Below, in pieces: positions 34,311-47,302 of a stretch of DNA of 64,000 nt. Position 1 is the stretch's first letter, and every line of letters begins with the position of its first letter. Source of the stretch: the human T2T-CHM13v2.0 reference genome, Homo sapiens; assembly GCF_009914755.1 (NCBI RefSeq), contig NC_060925.1; one strand, 5' to 3'. A program made the position numbers and the translations under genes. The notes under the pieces are model-generated. The model was given only the letters and a program-made list of their open reading frames with translations, did not search any database and was not told where the DNA came from.

Positions 34311-34605
34311 TTCTTTTTTTTTTCTTTTTTTTGAGACGGAGTCTTGCTCTGTCGCCCAGGCTGGTGTGTGGTGGTGCAATCTAGGCTCACTGCAATGTCC
34401 ACTTCCCAGGTTCAAGAGATTCTCCTGCCTCAGCCTCCCAAGTAACTGGGACTACAGGTGCCCACCACCACGCCCGGCTAATTTTTATATTTTTAGTAAA
34501 GAAGGGTTTCACCATATTGGCCAGGCTGGTCTTGAACTTCTGGCCTCAAGTGATCCACCTGCCTCAGCCTCCCAAAGTGCTGGGATTACAAGTGTCACTG
34601 GGCCC
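34311..34605 (-). mobile_element. Alu
   Basis: Alu consensus; TSD-like cagtataac. Confidence 0.9.
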
Positions 34606-36045
34606 AGCCAGTATAACTTCTTTACTTTTCTTTGTATGTTATTAGACCACGAGCACGTTTTGCCCTGGATCTGTGTTAGTCATCTTTTACTCCTACTTTC
34701 TGACACATGGTAGTTGCTTAGTGAGTAATTATCGAATAAGTAAATGAATGGTTGAAAGCTTCTTAACACATATTACCAAATTGCTCTACATAAATCTTAT
34801 ACTAGTTTAAGTTGATTTGGAGGATTTCTGTTACTGAATTCACCACCTGCCAACATTGAGTGTTAGGACTCAAACAGTATGTTGTTTGGGCCATTTTATG
34901 TCCACACCACTCTTACAAATTTCTTTATGGGAAAGAAATTTTTGTCCCATTTTGTTAAATAAAATTTTAAAAATGAAAGCTTGTTTTTTAATAAAATATA
35001 TATACATTGAAGAAAATTTGTTAAATTGGGAGTCATAGAGAACAAAATTACCAGGAATTCCACTATTCTGAAGCTTTTAAATAAAAACCCTGCTGCTGTT
35101 TTCCTATTTAAAAATAAACCATATGTTATCTTTCTTTCTTTCAATAATAATTACTTGGAGTATTTTCCTATGCATTAGTGGGCCTTTGAAAACCAAAATG
35201 TCAAAGGCTGAATAATGTTCGTCTCACGAAAAAAAGTATATTTATTATCAAAACAGTATTCTAGAATTGTAAACATAGCTATGGGGAACAGTTTAGGACA
35301 TAAATATTTGTGCATATTACTAGACACTGAATATTTTAAATGAAAGTATTTCAAATACACAGAAAAGTTTAGGTATTAGTGAAACAAATAGCCAAAGGTC
35401 AACTATACAGATATTTACAGCTATCCAATAACTTTCCATGTAGGCTAGGAACTCCTTCTACAAATAAAGTGATCAGAAAGAAATAGATGTTTACCATTTG
35501 AGGAAATGTTTCTATCTTGGTAGCTCCTAGTTTATGTTAAATGGGTGCTAGATTTACTAATTTCTGTTAATGCAGTTCAAGCTGTCTGAGATCTATTGTA
35601 TTTACACAATACAATAGATTTTTTATTTGATTTGATTTCTTTTTATTTGATTTCTTTGGGGACACTCATTTAAAACAACTTTTCTTGACTATAGCTTTAA
35701 GAGCTGTCACAGCTGCAGATACAGCTGCAATTTTTTTTAGTTTTAACTAGAAACTCATCATTTACTCTTCCTTGAACACAGCTGGATATGTTCTTTTTTC
35801 CTGGTTGGTGGCACTGTTATACAGCTATTCATATGACTATATGTTGCTGCATACAAACTGGGTAAAATCATTATGAATTATTGGATGTAATTTTTATCAT
35901 CTTATGCTATTTTGGGGGTTATATATTGCTTTCACTGCCACTAATTTCAGTAAGAGAAAAGTGTGTAAATCATAATGACAGAGCTAACTACAATTCTTGT
36001 CAAAATTGTTGGCTTATTCTTAGGATCCATTGGTTTTATGCTCTA

Positions 36046-36468
<423 letters not shown>

Positions 36469-36847
36469 TCATCTCATCCCCTTGTGAAAAAAAAAATCTC
36501 ATCTCCTTTCCAAAAAATACCATCTCATTGTCTTGCCAATCAATTCCAAAGAGCTCAAAAAAACAATTAACAAAGTTAGTATAGTTCCCCTTTTTGTTCA
36601 AAAGAGGAAAGATTTGCTAACTCTGACACACATGGGAAGAGCTTATGAAATATTTTATTGGTTTTTGCTCTATTGTTCATTGCTATTGCATATAAACATA
36701 AGATTATATATATAATTTGTGCATTATAAATGTACCTCATTCATGCATAAATACATGCTTCATACATTAAACATGTATTTTTCCCCCATGCTTAGATCCA
36801 GTTTATTCCAGAAAAAAAGCAAAATTTTCTTCAAAGATCAAAAGCAA

Positions 36848-37930
36848 CTATCAGTAGATGGAAAACTTTTAAATTTTTGCCTCCAATTCTTTTTTTTCTT
36901 GAGCTATGTATGAGGAAATCTATAGCTCAGACTGTGTCTGGTGTTAGTATGTATCAAGCTCTTTAGCCAGAAGGAGGAGCAAGGCAAGTGAACCACATCC
37001 CTTGGCACTTAGTTCCTTCTTACTTTCCCTATATGAGAGAGTACATGCACTCCTGAGCAAGGAGACTGCAGGGCGGGGATCTCTAGAATCCCCGGAGGAC
37101 CAGGGGCTGCATAGCATTTACTTCATCTTACAGAGTTAAGTCTGAGATGACAGAAGGGACTTATCTAGGGCCCACAGCTAGTAAATTATAATGTCAAGAT
37201 CAAATCCTGGTTTTCTCACCCTTATGGGTAATATTTAATGTCATTGTTCCCTTTATTACACTACTTTTTTCACCCTAGGGTGACAGCTCTCACAAAGTTC
37301 GGTCCTGGAACAATATGTTTGATAATTCTATACTAACAGGATCATATACTAATGGTACTAAAACTTGATTTTTTTTTCTTCCCAGGATTCATACCTGTGT
37401 GTAGCCTTGGAGTGGCTCAAGTGGGTAGGATGAACTTTGGAAAGGATGTCAGCACCTTGAAATATTTCACCATCTGTGGCTTACAAGAGGGCTATGAACC
37501 ATTTGCCGTTAATACAAACAGGGATATTACCATGTGGCTGAGCAAGAGGCTTCCTCAGTTTCTTCAAGTTCCATCAAACCATGAACATATAGAGGTTTGC
37601 TTTTTCTTTAAAAATCAGGCCATTTCTAAAAAGCAGGAAAAGAATATCTTTATACACAGGAACTTCTGCTTAGACAATTATTGTGACTTACTTAAAATGA
37701 TGACCTTGATGTGTTATATAGTAGTGGAATCTAAGCAAAGATGGTACTTTCTACCAGCTATCAGTGGATGGGAAACTTTTAAATTTTTGCTTTCAATTCT
37801 TTTTTTTTTTTCTTGAGCTATGTGTGAAGAAGTTTATAGCTCAGACTATGTCTGGGGTTTGTACGCATCAAGCTCTTTAGCTAGAAGAAAGATCAAGGCA
37901 AAGGGAACCACATCCATTCTCATATTAGTT
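36848..37930. repeat. Pair of ~170-bp diverged direct repeats (36848-37014 and 37758-37930) flanking exon 30
   Basis: ctatcagt...aaacttttaaatttttgc...tgagctat...atagctcagact...caagctctttagc...aaccacatcc in both copies. Confidence 0.9.
37386..37594 (+). CDS. RYR2: RYR2 exon 30 (209 nt)
   Basis: ttcccag|GATTCATACCT...ATAGAG|gtttgc; (G)[18 protein letters not shown]...NHEHIE; phase 1 to 0. Confidence 0.96.
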
Positions 37931-38231
37931 ACGTTACAAGTAGCTTGTTAGAATGATGAAAAATACTTTCCTTTTTATGTGTGGGCAATGTCAGGCTGAA
38001 TCTGAATATATAGAATTATAAGATAAATTTCCGAAACCGTCTTTAGAAACAGAAGCAGAACTCTATGACTATATCCATAGCACAGTAATCTGTTTAATCA
38101 TCTCTTACAAAATGATGCCATGTGTGGACCGCATTTGGGATTCTGAAAACGTGATGTGCCTTAGTCATCTTTAGAATCAGGAAATTGACAATGGTGATTG
38201 GAATGTGAACTATCGCTTCTTCGTTTGCTAG

Positions 38232-38584
38232 GTGACCAGAATAGACGGCACCATAGACAGTTCCCCATGTTTAAAGGTCACTCAGAAGTCTTTTGGTTCT
38301 CAGAACAGCAACACTGATATCATGTTTTATCGCCTGAGCATGCCGATCGAGTGCGCGGAGGTCTTCTCCAAGACGGTGGCTGGAGGGCTCCCTGGGGCTG
38401 GCCTTTTTGGGCCCAAGAATGACTTGGAAGATTATGATGCTGATTCTGACTTTGAGGTTCTGATGAAGACAGCTCATGGCCATCTAGTGCCCGATCGTGT
38501 TGACAAAGACAAAGAAGCTACTAAACCAGAGTTTAACAACCACAAAGATTATGCCCAGGAAAAGCCCTCTCGTCTGAAACAAAG
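38232..38584 (+). CDS. RYR2: RYR2 exon 31 (353 nt), includes most of divergent region 2
   Basis: ttgctag|GTGACCAGA...AAACAAAG|gttact; VTRIDGTIDSSPCLKV...PSRLKQ(R); phase 0 to 2. Confidence 0.96.
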
Positions 38585-38669
38585 GTTACTAATTTATACG
38601 CTGTGATTTTAAATTTGTAGTTATGTGAGGAGGGTTACAGTCCAGAGTAAAGGGTCTCCTAGTGTAAAT

Positions 38670-38757
38670 TTTTTCCTCCTTCTCCTCCTCCTCCCCCTCC
38701 TCCTCTTCCCCCTTCTCCTCCTCCCCCTTCTCCTCCTCCCCCTTCTCCTCCTCCTCT
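38670..38757. repeat. (CCT)-rich polypyrimidine low-complexity tract
   Basis: Pure C/T run with repeated ccccttctcctcct units. Confidence 0.9.
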
Positions 38758-38959
38758 TTGTGCAAAGGATGCTGTAGGGAAAAATTAAGCAACCTGTTAG
38801 TCATCTAATTTGTTAGCGTAGATGCAATCTATCTCAAGAGTTACTTTTAAAGATGTCTGTGTTTACATTCTTGCCTGAAACTTGCAGAGCATTTTCTCCA
38901 AATAGTATTTTTTATGATAAAGGCGGCAAGTTATTTTAACATCCTTTCTTATACTAAAT

Positions 38960-39178
38960 CAGAGTTTCTCAGTCTCAGCACTATTGACACTTTAGGCCAG
39001 ACAATTCTTTGTTGAGGACACACCTTGGACATTGAAGGATGCTGAGCAGCATCCTGACCTCCACCCACTAGATGCCAGTAGCACTCCATCCCCCAAACTG
39101 TGAGAACCAAAAACATGTATTTTCAGATATTCCCAGATGTCCCCCAGGGAGCAAAATCGCCCAGGTTTAAGGCAACTC
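38960..39178 (+). mobile_element. MER20 (hAT-Charlie) DNA transposon
   Basis: cagcactattgacact...ccactagatgccagtagcac...ggagcaaaatcgccc. Confidence 0.8.
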
Positions 39179-39255
39179 AATTGATTATATGCTCATATTT
39201 GAAGTAGACAGAACATTTTAATGTTGCTTATTGTTAGTCCTCTGAAATATTTCAG

Positions 39256-39370
39256 ATTTTTGCTTAGAAGAACAAAGCCAGATTACAGCACAAGCCATTC
39301 TGCAAGACTCACCGAAGATGTCCTTGCTGATGATCGGGATGACTATGATTTCTTGATGCAAACGTCCACG
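39256..39370 (+). CDS. RYR2: RYR2 exon 32 (115 nt), not in the ORF track
   Basis: atttcag|ATTTTTGCTT...TCCACG|gtatga; translated by hand as FLLRRTKPDYSTSHSARLTEDVLADDRDDYDFLMQTST; phase 2 to 0. Confidence 0.96.
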
Positions 39371-39851
39371 GTATGAGGTTGCAGCTTTTGTCGTTTATTT
39401 CTATTTGTCACTCATTATGCTTTACATCTCCAGTAATACATACCGATTCATCATACTTAGTAACATTATTTTTAAAATGTCTGTTTCTGTTTTTGGATAT
39501 ATTTTGGGGACTGAAAGTTTGAAAAAAGTTTACGTATTATGATGGATATTATGCAATACAAGAGCTATTTTAGAAAAAATATTTGTAATGGCATGCATAA
39601 TCTTAATTTTGCTCTGTTGCTTGACAAAATTTTAAATTGCCCTTGAATTTTTCAACTACATTTGATTTTCTTCATCTTACTGAATTGTCTGAAGATCAAT
39701 CATCATAATTTGTGAGAGGTCAAGCTTTGCTCCCTTCCATTTTAAATTCTCAAAGCTACTTCTCCTAAAATGCTACATTGAAAAAGTATTTAGTTGTGTT
39801 CATTGTAGAGTGATCCCATATTTGAGTTTGATGTTCACATGTTCTGAACTA

Positions 39852-40169
<318 letters not shown>

Positions 40170-40256
40170 TTAAAGTTCAAAATGTTATGTGTCAGAGAAA
40201 GGAAAGGCCAAGAACATGCAAAAAAGGTGGGTGACAAGTATAAAAACCCAAACATT

Positions 40257-40556
40257 GGCCAGGTGCAGTGACTCGCGCCTGTAATCCCAGAACTTTGGGA
40301 GGCCGAGGCAGGTGGATCACCTGAGGTCAGGAGTTCGAGAACAGCCTGGCTAACATGGTGAAACCCCGTCTTTACTAAAAATATAAAAATTAACTGGGTG
40401 TCGTTGTGCACACCTGTAGTCCCAGCTACTCGGGAGGCTGAGGCAGGAGAATCTCTTGAACCTGGGAGGCAGAGGCTTCAGTGAGCTGAGATCACACCAC
40501 TACACCCCAGCCTGGGTGACAGAGTGAGAGTCTATCTCAAAAAAAAAAAAAAAAAA
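40257..40556 (+). mobile_element. Alu (S-type)
   Basis: Full dimer and poly(A). Confidence 0.92.
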
Positions 40557-40994
40557 GTGAACATAGATTTGCATACGTGTATAAGCTTGAAGAATTTGAA
40601 GCTTCCTTATGCTTAATGGGTTCGTGGTTTTATTACATACATACACTGTATATGTGCACATATATATGTATGTGTGTATATTACACACATCTAGCACACA
40701 CATATATGCTGACCAGCATAAAAAGACTTAAATCATTTAGCATGTTTGCTCAGATCACATCTTTTCTCTCTTTCCTGTTATTTCTTATTTAATTCAGGAT
40801 CTCTGGTAAAAGACGTTTCTTAGTTTGTAGTGTTAGTCCTTTGTGCCTACAATATTTTCATTCACCCAAACGGTTTTAAACCAAGAAGTGAATTCTTAAG
40901 TCATTCACAGACTTAGACACAGTTAGGATTGCAAATCCAAGTTTTGTTTTGTTTAGTTTTACTTTGCCAATATTTGGTTCTGCTATCTTCACAG

Positions 40995-41155
40995 TACTAT
41001 TACTCAGTGAGAATCTTTCCTGGACAAGAACCTGCTAATGTCTGGGTGGGCTGGATTACATCAGATTTCCATCAGTATGACACAGGCTTTGACTTGGACA
41101 GAGTTCGCACAGTAACAGTTACTCTAGGAGATGAAAAAGGAAAAGTGCATGAAAG
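40995..41155 (+). CDS. RYR2: RYR2 exon 33 (161 nt), SPRY3 domain
   Basis: ttcacag|TACTATTAC...CATGAAAG|gttagt; [20 protein letters not shown]...KVHE(S); phase 0 to 2. Confidence 0.97.
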
Positions 41156-41574
41156 GTTAGTTTTCCTCAATTTTTTGCAAGAATGACATGTGAAAAAAAT
41201 ATTGGTGAACCTAGCTATTCCTTTTCCTTGTATTTTGTGACCAAGATATTTCTATTTATAGGAAGAATATAATCAAGCCATTAATGTCAATGTCGTTTTT
41301 GTTATTCATACAAACCAGTTAAGGAATCTAAATGTGTTAAATGTGCAAACATTGTACAGTAAGAGCAGTGCAGCCTTTTGGGGTAATGATCATATATTCC
41401 TTCAGGTAACATGACTAACAGCTTGGGTTACCAATACTTAGCCTTTGTTTTAGGGTTGAGAGATGGGTGAATGTGCGGCTTTTAACCAATGACTTGATAT
41501 AGATTTCGGGAACTGGCTATGTGGTGGGGAGAAAACTGTGAAGACAATGTGGGCTGGTAGTTTAGACCAGGTGG

Positions 41575-41695
41575 ACGCATTTGAACTCGGACTGAGGAGA
41601 AGTGGGTTCTTTCCTCAGCTTTGCCATTGACTCGCTGTGTGGCTTTGGGTAAGTCAGTTACACTTTCTGTGCCATCTTTTTTTCATTTGTAAAAC
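41575..41695 (+). mobile_element. MIR SINE core fragment hosting the 30-nt exon
   Basis: gggttctttcctcagctttgccattgactcgctgtgtggctttgggtaagtcagttacactttctgtg...catttgtaaaa parallels the MIR core gggttcgaatcccggctctgccacttactagctgtgtgaccttgggcaagttacttaacctctctgtg...catctgtaaaa. Confidence 0.8.
41619..41648 (+). CDS. RYR2: RYR2 alternative 30-nt cassette exon (adds FAIDSLCGFG), MIR-derived
   Basis: ttctttcctcag|CTTTGCCATTGACTCGCTGTGTGGCTTTGG|gtaagt; phase 2/2 fits the exon 33/34 junction; peptide matches the human RyR2 30-bp splice insert as I recall it. Confidence 0.9.
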
Positions 41696-42996
41696 AAACC
41701 AAACTCAAACCAAACCTTCAAAAAAGTGAAGAAGGCTATGTTCCTTGCAGAATAAGACAAGAGAAGATCTGACCATTGGCTTCTACCTTTTGTGCCCATG
41801 CATCCTCTCTGATCTGCTGTGACAGGTCTCCGAAAGAGTCCTTTATAACGTTGCTTTTCTTCTATACTTGCACCATCATTTTTTGGGAAACTCACTTTCC
41901 TGCCCTCGGGTTGTAACATATGAAGCATAATGGACTTAGCATTTTCAATGGGAGCCCAGCAAAAATCTCTAATGAAGAGCTCTTTACATAAGTTTGGAAC
42001 AAAAAAACCACATGTCTCCAGGAATATTTTTTGGGGGCCATGCTTAATTTTCAGGGATGGCAACAGTATAAGTAAAGAACTCAATATAGGGATGGGATAA
42101 CTGAAAGATGATTTTGTTGGAGGAAATGGAAGATAGGGAAGGGTCATTGGATTTTATGTAGATAGTGTGAAGAAATGCAGCCTACATTTGATTACTCAAA
42201 AACTGATTTATCCCAGCCTTTTTGTTCTTTCCCTTCTGCTTGCCTGGCTTTAGCCTTTTTTGCTGGTTTTGTTAATATGTTTACTGTACAGTGGCAAAGA
42301 AAGAGAATGCTGATAAGGCTCAAATTACTTAACTTTGTTACCATCTCTAGTAAAAGCTTTAGGGAAGGTGAAAATCAGGTGGCATTTGTGGTTAATATCA
42401 CTGGGTTTTTTTTTTTTTTTTTTTTTTTTTGCATATTCTAGTTAAGTCTGTCTCTCAGATCACTGGGAATTGTCCAGAAAGGGGCAAAATTTTAGCCAAA
42501 TTTTAAGTATATCAAATCACTGAAGGCTTATGTAGAATTTGCCTAAGGACTTTGATAGTGTCTGGAAATAAATGCTTCTTATTTCAGAACAAGTGGTAAA
42601 ACAAAACAAAACAAAAAAAAGCTAAAAAAAATCCATGAGATGAAAATTACAAATTTGGATGATTTTTAAATAGTTAAACTTTTTTGAACCCAGAAAAAGG
42701 TCTAGTTTGGTTTGAGTTTTTGGAGAGAAGGTGCAGGTCAGTTCTTACTTGGTTCCAACTTGTTGACCTGTCTTCATTAGGTGTGAAATGTAGAGACTTA
42801 TAAGACCTGATTCAGAACGTCCACTGCAGTCAATGGAGTTTTGCTCAGAATCACAGAATCGGGCCTATTGTGCACCTCTCCCATTACAGCATGAGCTTGT
42901 TGCTTGCGCAGCATAATTTAGTTAGTTTGCAAGATATACCTGCTTTCTCTTTTATCTGTGGTTGTACAAAGATAAAAATGTTCTTTTGAAATTCAG

Positions 42997-43156
42997 CATC
43001 AAACGCAGCAACTGCTATATGGTATGTGCGGGTGAGAGCATGAGCCCCGGGCAAGGACGCAACAATAATGGACTGGAGATTGGCTGTGTGGTGGATGCTG
43101 CCAGCGGGCTGCTCACATTCATTGCCAATGGCAAGGAACTGAGCACATACTATCAG
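42997..43156 (+). CDS. RYR2: RYR2 exon 34 (160 nt), SPRY3 domain
   Basis: aattcag|CATCAAACGC...TATCAG|gtacgc; IKRSNCYMVCAGESMSPGQG...LSTYYQ; phase 2 to 0. Confidence 0.97.
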
Positions 43157-44771
43157 GTACGCGGTCAGTGATGATATCAGTCTTCTAGGGAGGAAGACTT
43201 CTTTCCCCCATTAAAGGAAAACACAGTTTGTAAGATCAAAAAGTAAAATAGACACATGTACATGTGCCCCTGGTCTGAAAATCAGCCGAGCAGACCTGCC
43301 CCTAGCAAGCCCTCCTCATAGCTGTCCCAGCCACTGCACTCCTGTGACCTGAGAAACAGGTCTCACCCCAACAAAGCTGCACAATCACCACCACAAATGC
43401 CTGTAGCGAGACCACTGAGGCACTTGCAGATGCTGCTGACATAAATTACAGCTGAAGAATCTGCACAGATACTACACTACCGCATCCACCCAGAACCAAA
43501 ACCAGTGTATCCTACCCAACCGGTACCCTAGAACCCATCTACAGGAAAAGCTATTTCCTACAAAAGCTACTTCATAAAGTTGGAAGAAGCTACTGTTTTA
43601 CCAGATGAACAGATATCAAAGGAACACAAGAAACACGCGAATGGAAGGAAACATGACTCCTCCAAAGGAACACAATAATTCTCTAGTAACAGATCCCCCT
43701 CCCCAAAATAAATTTATAGGATGCCTGAAAAGAAATTCAAAATAATGATCTTAAGGGAACTCAGTGAGATACAATAAAATGCAGATACTTCAACAAGATT
43801 AGGAAACCAATTCATGATCTGAATGAGATATTCAATGAAGAAATACATATAGTAGAAAAGAACTAAACAGAAATCTTGTAACTCAAGAATTCAATAAATG
43901 AAATAAAATATACAACTGAGGGTTTCAACAACAGACTAGATCAAGCATAAGAAAGACTTTATGAACTTGAAGACAGGTCTTTTGAAATAACCCATCCAGA
44001 GGGAGAAAAAGAAATAAAAATAAGAAAGAAGGAAAAAAGCCTATAGAACTTATGGGATGCCACTGAGCAATGGAGAAAGGCACAGAAAACGTTTAACAAA
44101 ATAATGACTAATCACTTTCCATCCAGATCCAGGAAGCTCAAAGGATCTCAAGAGAATCAACCCAGAAAAGTCCTTTCCAAGGCACATTATAATCAAACTG
44201 TCAAATATCAAAGAAAAAGAATCCTAAGAGTAATGAGAGAATAGCACCAAGTCATATATACTTGGATTTCCATTTGACTATCAGCAAGTTTCTCAGCAGA
44301 AACCTTGAAGGCTAGGGAAATGAGATATATTCAATGTGCTGAAAGAACAACTGTCAGCCAAGAATACTATGTCTAGCAAAGCTATCCTTCAGAAATGAAG
44401 GAAAAATAGAGTACTCCACAGATAAGCAAAAGCAGAATGAATTCACCACCTCTGGACCTGCCTTAGAAGAAATGCGTAAGGCAGTGCTAAAGCTGGAAGC
44501 AAAAGGATGGTAATTACTATCATGAAAACATGTAAAAGTATAAAACCCATTCGTAGAAGTAAATTTTAAATCAAACTCAGAATACTGCAGTACTGAAATG
44601 GTGCTATGCCAAATCTTTCAGACCTCTAGTACTCTAGTATGAAGGTTAAAAGTCAAAATTGTCAAAAGTAACTACAGCTACAAGTAGTTGTTAAGGAACA
44701 TACAATATAGAGAGATGTAAATTAAGGCATCAGAAATATAAATTGTGAGGGGAGGGTAAAAGTCCAGAGTA

Positions 44772-45056
44772 TTTTTTTTTTTTTTGAGACAGAGTCTTGC
44801 TCTGTTGCCAGGTAATGGTGGGATCTTGGCTCACTGCAACCTCTGCCTTCTGGGTTCAAGCAATTCTCATGCCTCAGCCTCCTGAGTAGCTGGGATTATA
44901 GGCATGCACCACCACACCCAGGTAATTTTTGTATTTTTAATAGAGATGGGGTTTCACGATGTTGGCCAGGATGGTCTCGATCTCCTGACCTTGTGATCCG
45001 CTCACCTCGGCCTCCCAAAGTGCTGGGATTACAGACATGAGCCACCATGCCTGGCC
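44772..45056 (-). mobile_element. Alu nested in L1
   Basis: TSD agtccagagtattttt on both sides. Confidence 0.93.
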
Positions 45057-47002
45057 AGTCCAGAGTATTTTTATGCAACCAAATGTATCAGCTTAAGATG
45101 GTCTATTATAACTACAATATTGTTTGTCTTAGTTTCATAGTAACCACAAAGAAAAAATTGCAGCAGTCACACTAATGAGAAAGGGAAAGGTATCAAAGCT
45201 TAGCACCACAAAAAGGTATCAAACCACAAAGGTAAGCAAGAGAGCAAGAAAGAAATGAAGGATCTAGAAAACAACCAACAAAATATTAGGAATAATTCCT
45301 TACCTATCAATAATAACCTTGAATGTAAATGAATTAAATTGCTTAGTTAAAATATATAGAGTGGCTGCATGGATAAAAAGCAAGACTCAACTATATGCTG
45401 CCCACTAGAGATTCACTTCACCTTTAAGGACAGACATAGCCTGAAAGTGAAGGGATGGAAAAAGATTTTCAATGCAAATGGAAACTGAGAGTGAGCAGAA
45501 GTAGCCACACTTAGATAAAATAGACTTAATTCAAAAAATGTAAAAAAGAGTCAAAGAAGGTCATTAATAGAAAAGGATCAGTTAAGAAGATATAACAATT
45601 GTGAATTTATATGCATTCAACACTGGAGCATCCAAATATATGAAGTATGTTTTATCTAAAGGGAGAGATAGGCTTCAATGCAACAATAGTAGGGAAGTTC
45701 AACACCCCACTTTCAACAACAGCAGATAATCCAGACAGAAATTCAGCAAGGAAACAGCAGATTTAAACTGCACTCTAGACCAAAGGGACATACTAGACAT
45801 TTACAGAACATTCTGTGCAACAGATGTATAGCTGAAGAATACACATTATTCTCAACTGCTCATGTGGCATTCTCCAGGACAGATCATATGTTAGGCCACA
45901 AAATAAATCTTTAAAAATTTAAGATGATATCGTATATATTTTCTGATCACACTAGTATAAAACTAGAAATCAATACTGAGAGGAACTGAGGAAACTTTAC
46001 GAATACATAGACATTAAACAACATACCCCTGAATAACCAGTGGGTAAATGAAGATGTTAAAAAAGAAATTAAAAATTTTCTTGAGACAAACAAAAATGGC
46101 GACACAACATACCAAAAGCTATGGGATACAGCAGAGGCAGTTCTAAGAGGGAAGTTTACAGTATTAAATGCCTACATTTAAGAAGTAAAAAATAAACCAC
46201 CTAATATTGCACCTCCAAAAACCACAAATACAAGAACAAACTAAACCCCAAATTAATAGAAGTAAATAAATAATAAAAATTGGAACAATAACGAAACAGA
46301 GACTAAACAATACAAAAGATCAATGATACGAAGAGTTGGTTTTTTGAAAAGACAAAATCAGTAAACCTTTAGCTAGACAAAGAAAAAGATGACTCAAATA
46401 AATAAAATCCACATTGAAAAGAAGACATTACAACCTATACCACAGAAATACAAAGGATAATGAGAAAATATTATGAAAAATTATATGCCAACAAATTGGA
46501 TAACCTAGAAGAAATGGATAAATTCCTAGATGTATACAACCTACCAAGACTGACTTATGAAGAAATAGAAAATCTGAGCAGATTAATAGTGAGTGAGGAA
46601 ATTGTATCAATAATGAAAAGTCTCTATCAAAGAAAAGCCCAGGACTAAATGGGGGAAAAGTTGAAAGCTTTTTTTTCTAAGGTCTGGAACAAGACAAAGA
46701 TGCCCACTTTCACCACTTCTGTTCAACATAATACTAGAAGTGCTAGCCAGAGAATTTGGCAAGAAAAAGAAATAAAAGGCATCCAAATTGGAAAAGAAGT
46801 CATCAAATTGTCTCAGTTTGTAGATGACATGATCCTATATATAAAAATACCTTTAAAAGTTTACTAAAAAACTGTTAAAACTAATACATTCAGTAAATTT
46901 GCAGGATACAAAATCAGCATACAAAAATCAGTATTTCTTTGCACTAGTAGTGAATGCTCTGAGAAAAAAAATCAAGATACAATCTCAGTTACAATAGCTT
47001 TA

Positions 47003-47302
<300 letters not shown>

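Noticed and set aside
35591-35619. 12-bp hairpin atctattgtatt/aatacaatagat (similar 11-bp hairpin at 58662-58688)
   Set aside because: Short, AT-rich and isolated; could be small fold-back scars, but there is no context to support a claim.
39063-39080. CTCF-like ccactagatgccag in MER20
   Set aside because: Mismatch in the GGC core and a generic part of MER20.
41252-41261. Perfect MEF2 motif CTATTTATAG after exon 33
   Set aside because: A 10-bp AT-rich motif is expected by chance in 64 kb of AT-rich DNA; no supporting motif cluster seen.
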